Numbered from the stretch's first letter, positions 18,414-28,625 are shown. The stretch is DNA of 64,000 nt from Candidatus Bathyarchaeota archaeon (GCA_025058595.1 JANXEK010000002.1:17248-81247), one strand, 5' to 3'. Program-made: numbers and translations. Notes: generated by a model not told the origin, from the sequence alone.

Positions 18414-18977
18414 CTATCTTCGTATGACCGTTAACGCTATATCCTCTAGGAGTATGTTGAGTATAGCAGCCTTCATATCGGGATACATGTGTTCAGATTT
18501 CAATCTTTCTTCCGATATACCGAATAAATCCATTATACTCTTAACCTTTTCATCGCTTACATTCTCCAGTATATCTGATCCACTCTCTTCGCCTAGAATC
18601 TCTCTAACTTTACCTGAAGCGGTCTCTGTGTATTCGCGATTCTCTGAGAAAATTATGATGACGACGTCCTGCAGTCCTTTTCTCAACCCGGATTTAGCCA
18701 AAGCTTTATCGATCTGATCCTCAGCAGCTATCTTCAGGAGGATTTCTAAGGTAAGAGTTTTAGCTATATTCACAGATCTCTCGAATGATTTCAGAGCATA
18801 GAGGAACGCGAAACGTATATGCTCAAGGTTGAGGATCGAATCAGCTCTTAAAACCTGAACCTCAGCGGGTTCGCACGCCTTTCTAAGAATCTTTATGAAG
18901 CTAGTAGGATCCTCTACGTAGAGATCTCTGAAACCTAACACGTATACGGTATAGTTTTCGATACTGAGTCTATCCAT
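18414..18977 (-). CDS. cgi121: KEOPS complex subunit Cgi121
   Basis: 187 aa. The pattern VQVLRADSILNLEHIRFAFLYALKSF...NIAKTLTLEILLKIAAEDQIDKAL..GL is collinear with archaeal Cgi121. Confidence 0.65.
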   Translation of the reverse strand: MDRLSIENYTVYVLGFRDLYVEDPTSFIKILRKACEPAEVQVLRADSILNLEHIRFAFLYALKSFERSVNIAKTLTLEILLKIAAEDQIDKALAKSGLRKGLQDVVIIIFSENREYTETASGKVREILGEESGSDILENVSDEKVKSIMDLFGISEERLKSEHMYPDMKAAILNILLEDIALTVIRR

Positions 18978-19626
18978 ACCTAGCTATCCATCCGAGGAAC
19001 TTATCGACTAATAAAGGCTTTAACCCCGCTTCGACTAGGAGTCTACGTAGATCCTCTATGCTCCTACCCTCCTCCTTAAACCTCCTATATAGTATCTCTA
19101 CAGCTTCCCTCACCTCATGCGGGAATATTATCCACGCATTCGTAGTTTTCGCATAGAAATCCGGTTTGAATATGGACCAAGGCTTATAGTATATGGTAGC
19201 TACTCTAACCTCCCCTGCACCCATAGATTCAAGCCTCTCCTTCACAAGCTTCAAACTCTTACCCGTATCCGCTACATCATCTACGACTAGAATCTTCAGA
19301 CCTCTAACATCTACCGGTATATCCTGAGTAATCATAGGTTCGTTCATAGTCTCACCGATACCTTTATAGAATTCGACTTTTATGCTAGCTATATTCGGGT
19401 TTAATAGGAAATCTGAGAGCAGTCTAGCCGGTATCCAGCCTCCTCTAGCGATACCTACTATGAGATCTGGCTTAAACCCAGCTTTCTCTACTAGCTGGGC
19501 GAGCTCTAGGCATAGCTCATAAAGGTAATCCCAATCTGGAGCTTCAAACTTCATAGTACCCTTAATCTCAGAGGTCATAGCATCTTGAGAATAGATATCT
19601 TCGAATAGAAAACTCTTATGGCTCAA
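18970..19626 (-). CDS. purine phosphoribosyltransferase (hypoxanthine/guanine type)
   Basis: PRPP-binding motif ILVVDDVADTGKSL; archaeal Hpt-like length with a C-terminal extension. Confidence 0.8.
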   Translation of the reverse strand: MSHKSFLFEDIYSQDAMTSEIKGTMKFEAPDWDYLYELCLELAQLVEKAGFKPDLIVGIARGGWIPARLLSDFLLNPNIASIKVEFYKGIGETMNEPMITQDIPVDVRGLKILVVDDVADTGKSLKLVKERLESMGAGEVRVATIYYKPWSIFKPDFYAKTTNAWIIFPHEVREAVEILYRRFKEEGRSIEDLRRLLVEAGLKPLLVDKFLGWIARYG

Positions 19627-20926
19627 CTCTATCGGGGGTTCTCGGGAATGGTATAGCCATCCTAACGCTAGGTAGCCTACAGATCCATCTAACCAGTCTC
19701 TCTATACCCATACCGAAACCTGAATGAGGTGGACATCCATACATCCTAAGCTCAGTATACCATGAGAGAGTCTCCTTACGAAGCTCCTGCTCCGCTATGC
19801 GTCTAAGTAACGTATCGTAGTCTGATATGCGTTGACCTCCAGTTGCAAGTTCACCGTAACCCTCAGGTGCTATAAGATCGAAAGAGAGAGTTACCCTAGG
19901 ATCGTATGGATCTAGCATATGGTAGAAACTCCTAGTAGAGGCAGGGTAATGCGTTACGAAGAACGGTTTATCGAATACGGACGATATTAACGCTTCATCC
20001 CTACTAGAGAAATCTTCACCCCAAATAGTCTCAGAACCTTTACCTCTAGCGATCTCTAACGCTTCGGTGTATGTTATCCTAGGTAGGGGGGTGGTGGGTG
20101 GCTTAAAATCTACACCGAGTATACTTAACTCCTCTTCGCACCTCTCGGCAATTCCTCTACATATATAGGCTGATAGATCCTCTAACGTCTTCATATCCTC
20201 CTCTAGATCTGCGAAAGCCATCTCGCATTCAACCTGCCAGAATTCTGTTAGATGCTTCCTAGTCCTGGACTTCTCCGCCCTGAAGCATGGACCGAGAGTA
20301 TATACCTTACCGAAAGCCGCTATAGCTGCCTCCTGGTATAGCTGAGCACTCTGGGTGAGATAGACTTTATCCCCGAAATAGTCTACAGGGAATAGGGTAG
20401 CTCCGCCTTCGCATGCAGATTTAACGAAGATCGGTGCATGAAATTCTATGAAGCCGTTCATATCCATATACTCTCTTATAAGCCTGCAAACCTCGGCTCT
20501 CACCTTCAATACGGATCGGACCTTGGGGCTTCTAATCCATAGATGTCTATTGTCGAATAGGAAACCCGGAGATTTAACGGCTGATCTAGTTATAGGCCAT
20601 ACACCGGATTTTGATATGATCTCTAGATCGTGCGCTCTAACTTCTAGACCACCAGGTGCACGTTTATCCTCCACGATTATGCCTCTAACCGCTATAACGT
20701 CCTCTATGTTCAGCTTATCTACGAGCTTAAATAGCTCTGGTTTCTCACTACGTTTAAGAGAAATCTGAATATACCCGCTACCATCTCGGATGCCTATGAA
20801 TGCTACTCCACCAACCCTACTGATTCTATGTATCCACCCTCTGACGGTTACTGTACGACCTATAGGTTTCGATCTGAATATATCCGTTACTTTCTCGACG
20901 TTCTTCCACCATACCGCTCCACTCAT
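19616..20926 (-). CDS. asnS: class IIb Asx-tRNA synthetase, most likely asparagine--tRNA ligase
   Basis: 436 aa. OB-fold N-terminus, motif 2 GPCFRAEKSRTRKHLTEFWQVECEMAF (AsnRS-like), motif 3 GFGMGIERLV. AspRS cannot be fully excluded without a search. Confidence 0.75.
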   Translation of the reverse strand: MSGAVWWKNVEKVTDIFRSKPIGRTVTVRGWIHRISRVGGVAFIGIRDGSGYIQISLKRSEKPELFKLVDKLNIEDVIAVRGIIVEDKRAPGGLEVRAHDLEIISKSGVWPITRSAVKSPGFLFDNRHLWIRSPKVRSVLKVRAEVCRLIREYMDMNGFIEFHAPIFVKSACEGGATLFPVDYFGDKVYLTQSAQLYQEAAIAAFGKVYTLGPCFRAEKSRTRKHLTEFWQVECEMAFADLEEDMKTLEDLSAYICRGIAERCEEELSILGVDFKPPTTPLPRITYTEALEIARGKGSETIWGEDFSSRDEALISSVFDKPFFVTHYPASTRSFYHMLDPYDPRVTLSFDLIAPEGYGELATGGQRISDYDTLLRRIAEQELRKETLSWYTELRMYGCPPHSGFGMGIERLVRWICRLPSVRMAIPFPRTPDRVEP

Positions 20927-21063
20927 AACCTGATATATGGGTTTACACTGATAAGCTTAATAAACGCTATTCAGCTTCGCATAATAGAGTTGTAATCGTA
21001 GAGCTTACGAGATACTAGCCCTCATGTATGGTAGAGTTAGGAGTGGCTGCTTATCTTTCAAGG

Positions 21064-21693
21064 CTAAACTTTCCTATTCTTCCTTAGAATACCTTCAGCT
21101 CTACGGAGGTCTTCGATGCTATTCACATTGAGAAACGTATCTGTAGAGCCTAGAATATTTTCTACAACTACAGTTGAAAAGTATATCTTACGTTTAATCT
21201 TCTGAATCATATCTATAAACCTGTTCTCACCTAGTTCTAAGGCTTTAACCGCTGCTTCGATAGCGGGTTTCACTTTATATGCCGCGTAGAGAGGTTCTAT
21301 AAAACCGTTAGGCCATCTAGGTATTACAGCATCGAACGTACTGCCCATAGTCTCGGATAGTATGGATAGAAGCTCTGGAGATACCAACGGTATATCACAT
21401 GATAGTAGTATCGAGTTTCCGCCTCGAACATTCCTCCAACCTTCCAACGCTGCTCTTAGAGGACCTGAAGCCTCGTAATCCTCCACAACTATCCTAGCAC
21501 CTGACGCTATCCTCTCTATAGGGGATAGATCTATATCCCTAGATACGACTATCAATACCTCATCAGATATCGATGATGCGGCATCGTATACGTAGCCGAG
21601 CATAGGCTTACCTAGAATCTCTACCAAAGCTTTAGATCTACCGAATCTTCTAGACGATCCGCCGGCAAGGATTATAGACGATAGATCCGCCAT
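21064..21693 (-). CDS. mobA: molybdenum cofactor guanylyltransferase
   Basis: N-terminal ILAGGSSRRFGRSKAL..GKPML and a 209-aa length typical of MobA. Confidence 0.8.
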   Translation of the reverse strand: MADLSSIILAGGSSRRFGRSKALVEILGKPMLGYVYDAASSISDEVLIVVSRDIDLSPIERIASGARIVVEDYEASGPLRAALEGWRNVRGGNSILLSCDIPLVSPELLSILSETMGSTFDAVIPRWPNGFIEPLYAAYKVKPAIEAAVKALELGENRFIDMIQKIKRKIYFSTVVVENILGSTDTFLNVNSIEDLRRAEGILRKNRKV

Positions 21694-22050
21694 TGTAAAC
21701 CACAGATAGTGTATAACTACTGGTGTTTAAATCCCTTTACACAGGTACTATAGCGTTTAGTTCGATACATGCCGGATATCTACTTGAACGACTACTCGCC
21801 TTTCGATATCGAGAATAATCTAACCTTCGAACTAATAGATACGAATCGTTGAAGGGATTACTTATATCGGCATCCCATGTCAAACTCATTCACAACGCGA
21901 ATATGTAACCCAGTATTTCGCTTACTCGAATCCAACGGTATCCTTAACCTAGAATTTTATCTGAGCTTTCCGAGCAAACAGACTATATAGAGCCGTATAC
22001 TAGGGGAATCTAACTTACTTGCTTTTCTATATCATCCATATTCTTCATCG

Positions 22051-22902
22051 ATGCAAAGTCCTTCCAATATCGTCTCTAGCAAAATCTATATCTTTCGGTT
22101 ATCCGGTAGAAGGAGCGTAGTCTCGATGTTGCTCTCTATACCCCTCCCTCCGGAGATAGGTAAAGGTGAAGCTAACTCTTTCTTTGCTAGGGTATGTGAG
22201 TTGGGATTTGAAGCTATTTCGATCCATTGCTCACCTGAAGCTGAATACCTAGATCCAGATTGGCTGCGTAAGATGAAGGCTTCATACGGCTTAGAGATAG
22301 CTCTTCATACACCTACCAAGAATTTCGATCTCTCAGCACCATTGGAGGATGTTAGAAGGCTTAGCGTATCCTACGCTATACGTATGGTGAAAACCGGGGA
22401 GGCAGCAGATGCCCTATACTACGAGCTACATCTAGGTGGAAATCTAACTTACAGTGTAGAGAAAAGCTTCGCCGTAGATAACGCTGTTAGGAGTTTAAGA
22501 GAGCTTTTAACTCTTAAACCTTCTGCTATTCTAACGGTAGAGAATGATGACCGTGGATACGTATTCTCGGATCATGAGATCTTAGCAGAAGTTTTAGATA
22601 GCTACCCTGAGGTTATGTTGACATTAGACATCGCACATGCGTATAGAAGCGGTGATAGACCATCCAACTTTATGAGAAGGTTTAGTCGCAAGGTGTATGC
22701 AGTGCATCTTCACGATATCGTAGATGGAAAGGATCACTACCAGCTAGGATTGGGTTCGATCGAATGGGCTAGTCTACTAAAACCTATCATGGGCATGGAT
22801 CCGACGGTAGCTGTTCTCGAGACATATCACGGCGAATACGATCTTATCGGGAATGCGTATAGGAGCGTAGATTTTCTAAGGAGATACATCTCTACCCTTT
22901 AA
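22051..22902 (+). CDS. sugar phosphate isomerase/epimerase (xylose-isomerase-like TIM barrel)
   Basis: YELHLG, TVEND, LDIAHA and HLHD motifs. The real start is probably the internal M at about 22126. Confidence 0.6.
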   Translation: MQSPSNIVSSKIYIFRLSGRRSVVSMLLSIPLPPEIGKGEANSFFARVCELGFEAISIHCSPEAEYLDPDWLRKMKASYGLEIALHTPTKNFDLSAPLEDVRRLSVSYAIRMVKTGEAADALYYELHLGGNLTYSVEKSFAVDNAVRSLRELLTLKPSAILTVENDDRGYVFSDHEILAEVLDSYPEVMLTLDIAHAYRSGDRPSNFMRRFSRKVYAVHLHDIVDGKDHYQLGLGSIEWASLLKPIMGMDPTVAVLETYHGEYDLIGNAYRSVDFLRRYISTL

Positions 22903-23788
22903 GCTTAGATACTACGTAGCCTACTATCTCTTCAGCTATATTTTTATCTGTAGTCGATTGTAACCCCCTCCAATCAGGCTGGCTATTAACTTCGTTCACG
23001 AAGAAGCGTCCATCCCTAGTAACCATTATATCTACTCCCGCAATCTCGCATCCAAGTATAGATGCAGCCTTCACGGCTGCATCCTCTAGTTCTGAGTTCA
23101 ACTTGACAGATCTGGTCCATGCACCTTGAGCTACGTTCGTCTTCCAGTATCCAGATATCCTTCTAGCAGATGCTACAACCCTATCGCCTACCACGAACGC
23201 TCTTATATCAGAGAATCCGTGCGGTATATAGCTCTGCAGATATATCACTGAACGTTGACTAGATAGAAGCCTGAAGAGCCTGATAGCTACATCGCTAACT
23301 TCAACCCTGGCTACACCTACACCTCTAGATCCGAATAACGGTTTTAACACCGTATTCCCGCCGAGCATCCTATATCCTCTCAAAGCTTCACCGTAACCCT
23401 CGGCTACTATCGTAGCAGGTGTAGGTATATCATTCCTTTCTAAGAGTAGTAACGAGTAGTATTTATCGACAGCTTTCTCTATAGCTTCACCTCGATTTAC
23501 AACCTTAACCCCTAAATCCTCTATAGCTTTGAGTAGATCCACCCTGAGTATTATCTGCTCGAGGGAGCCTGAACCTATAGGTCTCACGATAACTGCGGAT
23601 ACCTCATCCTCTATAGGTTTTCCATGAAGCGTTACACCGAGCCTTAACCCTATAGTTCCCATGAGATCCTTGAAGCCGAAGCATACTGGGGTCACGTTAA
23701 ATTTAACCATAGCCTGTTTAAGCTGAAGGTTGCACCAAGCTTGAGGATTCCTAGTAAGTATTCCTATCTTCATAGCTAAATCTAACAT
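22892..23788 (-). CDS. RimK-family ATP-grasp alpha-L-glutamate/aminoadipate ligase
   Basis: 298 aa. ATP-grasp motifs VLKPLFGSRGVGV and GVDIM....FFVNEVNSQPDW. Confidence 0.8.
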   Translation of the reverse strand: MLDLAMKIGILTRNPQAWCNLQLKQAMVKFNVTPVCFGFKDLMGTIGLRLGVTLHGKPIEDEVSAVIVRPIGSGSLEQIILRVDLLKAIEDLGVKVVNRGEAIEKAVDKYYSLLLLERNDIPTPATIVAEGYGEALRGYRMLGGNTVLKPLFGSRGVGVARVEVSDVAIRLFRLLSSQRSVIYLQSYIPHGFSDIRAFVVGDRVVASARRISGYWKTNVAQGAWTRSVKLNSELEDAAVKAASILGCEIAGVDIMVTRDGRFFVNEVNSQPDWRGLQSTTDKNIAEEIVGYVVSKLKG

Positions 23789-23921
23789 CGTATCGGAGAG
23801 GTTTTAAAGTTCACTAAGTGGGGTCGAGATTTTCAATCCGTGAACTGTATGAGGATGTTTAGATGGGGCGCCATAGATACTCATTTAAGCTAGATGTATA
23901 GCGTATCATTTACATCGAGGG

Positions 23922-25172
23922 GTGTCTATGCTTAGCTATAGATCCATAGTCGCAGTATCTCTAGTTATAGCTATTCTAGGAGTAGCATCTACGTTCTATC
24001 TTAACAGCAAGTATAACCTAGTGTTGAACGATTATACTAAGCTGAGAATCGATTATACATCTCTCTCAGATGATCATCGTAAACTTGAGGAGAGCTTCAA
24101 CGATCTATTATCGAGGTATAGACGGCTTAACGAGAGCTATGTACGGTTGAACGCTAGCTATACAAGTGTATCGCATGAATATGATGTTTTAATGATCCTC
24201 TATGAGGAGTTAGAGGATCATTATGATGAGCTACAATCCAGATATAACGCTCTGATGGATGATTACATGGCACTTCGATACATGTATAATCGGCTTAACG
24301 AGAGCTATAGCATCCTGGAATCTATGTATGAGTCCCTAACTGAGAACTATAGCATCCTCCAGAGATCCTTCGACGAACTCAACATAGGCTATAGAGATAT
24401 CCAACTAGAGTATATCCGGCTTAGATCATCGTATGATAAACTTCTAGGATCGTATGAAGCTCTTAAAGCTCGTTATACGAACCTGTCTAGAAACTATGAG
24501 GTTTGGCGTAGATATATGCTATCATATTTATCGTTTCCAGACTCCATACCTAGAGTTTTAAGCGATGATGAGATAGGTAGATTCGCATCGCTCGTGCAAG
24601 CCCTTATAACGTATCCGTTAGATTACTGGCTGTCTATTGAGGAGATATACATGTATATTAAGAATCATGTAGGATATGCGGATGATCCGCCTATACCGTA
24701 CCCACCGACAGCTTCATCACTAGAGGCGGGCTATTATAAGCCAGAAACCTATGATAGGATAATCCTTTCGCCTATGGAGACCCTTAAACGTGGTTATGGT
24801 GATAGTGAAGATCAATCTATACTCCTCTACGCGCTTATAAAAGCCTATGAGAGGTATATGCATGGAAGGGAGTATGTGGTATGGATTCTGGATATAGCTT
24901 TAATCGATGGGAAGAGGCATATGGCTGTAGCTATACCGGCTCAAGGCGGGAGGATAGCTATAATAGATGTAGCTGAAGGATATTACACCGGGTATCCATC
25001 CAGCTTGAGGCCTCTGGATTCCTATATGGAATTGATAAGTTATTCCAGCTTATTCATACATCATGAGGGGATCGAAAGCGTAGCGATATATACGGTTAGA
25101 TCGGGCCGGTTAATTAGAATATTGGAGGGGGATCTACACGATATGATAGATTTCGTGAAGCAATTAGCTTGA
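23922..25172 (+). CDS. membrane-anchored coiled-coil protein with a globular C-terminal domain (possibly transglutaminase-like fold without the Cys)
   Basis: 416 aa: N-terminal TM helix, a 168-aa perfect heptad array, then a 215-aa globular domain containing GYGDSEDQSILLYALIKAYERY. Confidence 0.7.
   Translation: MSMLSYRSIVAVSLVIAILGVASTFYLNSKYNLVLNDYTKLRIDYTSLSDDHRKLEESFNDLLSRYRRLNESYVRLNASYTSVSHEYDVLMILYEELEDHYDELQSRYNALMDDYMALRYMYNRLNESYSILESMYESLTENYSILQRSFDELNIGYRDIQLEYIRLRSSYDKLLGSYEALKARYTNLSRNYEVWRRYMLSYLSFPDSIPRVLSDDEIGRFASLVQALITYPLDYWLSIEEIYMYIKNHVGYADDPPIPYPPTASSLEAGYYKPETYDRIILSPMETLKRGYGDSEDQSILLYALIKAYERYMHGREYVVWILDIALIDGKRHMAVAIPAQGGRIAIIDVAEGYYTGYPSSLRPLDSYMELISYSSLFIHHEGIESVAIYTVRSGRLIRILEGDLHDMIDFVKQLA
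24012..24515 (+). repeat. 24 contiguous 21-nt (heptad) coding repeats, consensus Y-x-x-L-x-x-x
   Basis: YNLVLND YTKLRID YTSLSDD HRKLEES FNDLLSR YRRLNES YVRLNAS YTSVSHE YDVLMIL YEELEDH YDELQSR YNALMDD YMALRYM YNRLNES YSILESM YESLTEN YSILQRS FDELNIG YRDIQLE YIRLRSS YDKLLGS YEALKAR YTNLSRN YEVWRRY. An exact 18-nt repeat, cggcttaacgagagctat, occurs at 24123 and 24291, which is 168 nt or 8 heptads apart. Confidence 0.85.
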
Positions 25173-25258
25173 ATATACTCTATGTATAAAGTATCCGATA
25201 CGGATAACCTATACTATGAGGAGGAAACGCTTTTAAATGAAAGCCGGATCTCCATGAA

Positions 25259-26308
25259 GTGATGTCTGGTAGAGTTGATGCTAGAGTGAAGATCGGCTTC
25301 GATGAGTTAGATAGAAACGTTATCTCAGCTGGTTTATGCACTTCCTGCGCCGCCTGCTATACGGTATGCCCTATACAGGTTATAGGTTTCGATCTATCGG
25401 AATCTAAACCTAGACTTATAGGTGAATGCGCAAAGTGTAGTCTCTGCTACAATGTATGCCCGCAAACCCTTACCAATCAGGATGAATTTGAGGTGAAGAT
25501 ATTCGGGTTGAATAAACCTCTAGAAGTATCTTACGGATACTATGAGAAGATCTATGAATCTAGAAGCCGTGATCCCAGGATACTAGATGTAGCTCAGGAT
25601 GGGGGCACCGTTACATCCATACTATGTCATGCTCTAGAATCTGGGTTGGTAGACGCCGTTCTAGCTACAAAGCCATCTAGCGATAACCCGTTCAAACCCG
25701 TCCCATGGATCGCTACCACTGTGGAGGAGGTTATAAAATGTGCAGGTTCGAGGTATAGTCTTGCACCTATCTTCTACCGGTTTAGAGAGGCTGGTAAGAT
25801 GGGAATTAAGAGCGTAGCATGCGTCGGTATGTCGCATATAGCTACAGCTGCTAGAAGGATCTCACAATACAGGGTTAGAGGATTAGAGGCTAGGTTAAAC
25901 CTTATAATCGGTTTATTCTGCTTCGAAGCCTTCCCATACGACAGCCTCAGATCCACTCTAGCTTCCAAGCTTAACCTACCCGAAGACTCGTTATATAAGC
26001 TGAATATTAAGCGTGGTAGATTCATAGTTACGATTAAAGATGGCAAAACATTCGAGATACCTATCAAGAGGGCATCTGTGAAACCATACGATTGCTGTCT
26101 ATCTTGTAGAGATTTCGCAGCTAGGTTAGCCGATATATCTGTAGGCAGTCTAGGTCTCGATGGATGGAACGTCGTTATAGCTAGGGGGAGAGGAATGGTT
26201 AAACTCTTAGAAGAAGCTGCGAAAACTGGATGGATCGAAATAAGGGAGCCTAGCTCTCAAACCTTGGAGAGCTTAGAGAGATTATCGAATCTTAAGATGA
26301 GTAGATGA
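25259..26308 (+). CDS. coenzyme F420 hydrogenase/dehydrogenase beta-subunit family protein with an N-terminal 2x[4Fe-4S] domain
   Basis: CTSCAACYTVCP and CAKCSLCYNVCP ferredoxin motifs, followed by an FrhB-like core (AQDGGTVTSIL). Confidence 0.7.
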   Translation: MMSGRVDARVKIGFDELDRNVISAGLCTSCAACYTVCPIQVIGFDLSESKPRLIGECAKCSLCYNVCPQTLTNQDEFEVKIFGLNKPLEVSYGYYEKIYESRSRDPRILDVAQDGGTVTSILCHALESGLVDAVLATKPSSDNPFKPVPWIATTVEEVIKCAGSRYSLAPIFYRFREAGKMGIKSVACVGMSHIATAARRISQYRVRGLEARLNLIIGLFCFEAFPYDSLRSTLASKLNLPEDSLYKLNIKRGRFIVTIKDGKTFEIPIKRASVKPYDCCLSCRDFAARLADISVGSLGLDGWNVVIARGRGMVKLLEEAAKTGWIEIREPSSQTLESLERLSNLKMSR

Positions 26309-26351
26309 ACGGAGTATTTAATTAGATCCCAGTATACGTCGTAAGATAGGA

Positions 26352-26972
26352 TTGGAGGAGCTTACCGAGATTCTTAAGGAATGTAAAGGTATACTAAATT
26401 CTAGATTACTGGAGAAGTTATCGTCTAGGTTTGGTAGATCTAGAGTGGATAAAGCGGTTAAAACCGTTCTGGATGGGAGGGTTAAACTGTGTTTATTTAA
26501 ACCTAGTGGCAGGATTCTCTGGATAGTCGAGGGGAAGGAGAGGGAACGTTTCATACTACCGGCTTCAGGTTATTGTAACTGTGAGGATTTCTACTTCAAC
26601 GTAGTGGATGGGAAAACCAGGTTATGCTACCATGTTATAGCTCAGAGGATAGCTTCGCTACTAGGTCGTTACAATGTGGTGGAGATGAGGGATGAGCAAT
26701 ATAGTGAATTTACAGAAGAATTTAGAATGATACATGTAGAGGGGAGACCTAGATATCTAGATGTAGCCGAGAAGGTAAGAGCTACTTCGTTTGAAATCAT
26801 AGCTGAGAGAGGGCCTCAACCCACCGGTGTGTTATACTTCCTTCTCTCTGAGATGGGGTTCTATATACCTTCGAAGAGAAGTCTATCGATGATACTCAGG
26901 ATGGATCCTAAGAATAGGTTCAGGTTTAAATCTGGGAAATGGACTCTTTCAACACCTTCTCGAGAAAACTGA
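26352..26972 (+). CDS. SWIM zinc-finger protein
   Basis: CxCx(n)CxH signature: CNCEDFYFNVVDGKTRLCYH. Confidence 0.6.
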   Translation: MEELTEILKECKGILNSRLLEKLSSRFGRSRVDKAVKTVLDGRVKLCLFKPSGRILWIVEGKERERFILPASGYCNCEDFYFNVVDGKTRLCYHVIAQRIASLLGRYNVVEMRDEQYSEFTEEFRMIHVEGRPRYLDVAEKVRATSFEIIAERGPQPTGVLYFLLSEMGFYIPSKRSLSMILRMDPKNRFRFKSGKWTLSTPSREN

Positions 26973-27588
26973 ACGTGAAACGACTATGATCTATCTTCCT
27001 ATAGAGGTGCAATAGATCGTCTACTGTATCTACGTCTAACGATACCGTTTCAGATAGGTATACGTACACTTCGAAGCCAAGCGACGCCGCCTCGTATAGA
27101 TGCTGCCTGTAGCTATCTTTACCGAATCTGAAAACGAAATCATTAAACGGCTTTAACGCGAGTAGGTTTGTTCCATCGAATCTTCTACATGGAGCTATAA
27201 CGGCTGTACTACGGCTACATCCTAAGCTTATTATCTCGGATATAGCTTCTATATCTTCAGCTTCTATCAAAGGTATATCTACAGGTAGGATGATCATCGT
27301 CTGCATACCTTTCTCTAAAGCCCATGACGAAGCTAGTTTTAGAGATTCGTTAAGCGGTAGACCGTTATCGTATATGAACTCTAAACCGTATTCGTATGCT
27401 AAGCTCTCCACCTTCTTATCAGATGAAACTATAGCTATCCTCTCGATAGGCGCTTCTTCTAAAGCTCTGAGTTCATCCATGAGCATAGTTAGCGTTAGGT
27501 TAGCTCTAGCTTCATCATCCATAATCATGGATAGCCTACTCTTAGAATTTTTAAGATTCTTGACAGGTATCACGGCGAGGCTCATCAC
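26926..27588 (-). CDS. cofC: 2-phospho-L-lactate guanylyltransferase
   Basis: 220 aa. N-terminal AVIPVKNLKNSKSRL and translationally coupled to cofD by a 4-nt overlap. Confidence 0.7.
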   Translation of the reverse strand: MMSLAVIPVKNLKNSKSRLSMIMDDEARANLTLTMLMDELRALEEAPIERIAIVSSDKKVESLAYEYGLEFIYDNGLPLNESLKLASSWALEKGMQTMIILPVDIPLIEAEDIEAISEIISLGCSRSTAVIAPCRRFDGTNLLALKPFNDFVFRFGKDSYRQHLYEAASLGFEVYVYLSETVSLDVDTVDDLLHLYRKIDHSRFTFSFLEKVLKESISQI

Positions 27589-28547
27589 GAAATCTCCATA
27601 AGGTTTAACGCAGCTTTCGCTAATCTAACTTTATCTTCGATGGATCTCATCAGAGTATCTGTAGCTAAAGTTTTTATTCCAAGCTTTTCTATCCTCACTG
27701 TCTGGATTGAGTCCCTTATATCTACTACTAATCCATCGAGAAAATCTCTGTAGAGCCAGGCGACACCGTAGGGGGATACCTCGACGCCGAGAAACCTCAT
27801 AAATTTATCTGCAGGACCTTTAACAGGTGCCCCGGCTATTATAGGTGTGACCGCTACTTTAGGATAGCTTGCTCCTCTAAGCTTATCCCTGATACCTTTA
27901 ACCGATAGTATTGGGCCTATGCTGATAACCGGATTACTCGGGCATACTATAACTCCGCTACATCCCTCTAAAGCTTCTAAAACTTCAGCCGTAGCTTCGG
28001 CTTCCCCTATACCTTTAAATTCGACTCCCAGTATGCTAGGTTCGCACCTATACTTAACCATATACTCCTGTATATGTATTACACCTATATCCGTCTCTAC
28101 ATACGTTTGCACGGAGTGATCGGTCATAGGCAGTATTTCAACCTCTACGTTCAGAGCTCTACATATCCTATGCGTAGCCTCTGTGAGACTGAAACCTTTC
28201 TTCATAAGCATAGTACGGTAGAAGCATGTAGCTAGATCCATATCGCCTAGCTTAAACCAGTTTTCAAGCCCAAACCTAGCTAAGCTCTCTACGAAGTTAA
28301 AAGTATCCCCCTTGATACCCCACCCTCTATCTTCGTCGACTACCCCAGCCAGAGTGTACGTTACTATATCTACATCTGGAGATACATGTACCCCGTAGAT
28401 ATCTATGTCATCGGCTGTATTCACTATAACCTTAATATCCTTCGGATCTACGACTCTTACAAGACCCTGTAGGAATCTAGCTGCACCTACACCTCCGGCT
28501 AAAACAGCTATCATTATCCGCCCCCTTGAGATGTACCCTAAAACCAT
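27585..28547 (-). CDS. cofD: 2-phospho-L-lactate transferase
   Basis: LAGGVGAARFLQGL, VNTADD, LGDMDLA and CPSNPVISIGPILSVKGIRD are collinear with methanogen CofD. Confidence 0.85.
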   Translation of the reverse strand: MVLGYISRGRIMIAVLAGGVGAARFLQGLVRVVDPKDIKVIVNTADDIDIYGVHVSPDVDIVTYTLAGVVDEDRGWGIKGDTFNFVESLARFGLENWFKLGDMDLATCFYRTMLMKKGFSLTEATHRICRALNVEVEILPMTDHSVQTYVETDIGVIHIQEYMVKYRCEPSILGVEFKGIGEAEATAEVLEALEGCSGVIVCPSNPVISIGPILSVKGIRDKLRGASYPKVAVTPIIAGAPVKGPADKFMRFLGVEVSPYGVAWLYRDFLDGLVVDIRDSIQTVRIEKLGIKTLATDTLMRSIEDKVRLAKAALNLMEIS

Positions 28548-28625
28548 TATTTAGGATTTCACCTATCCTTCAAAATATTTTTCGGATCCAGATATACTAT
28601 CCTATATAGGGAAGGATTAGAAGAC

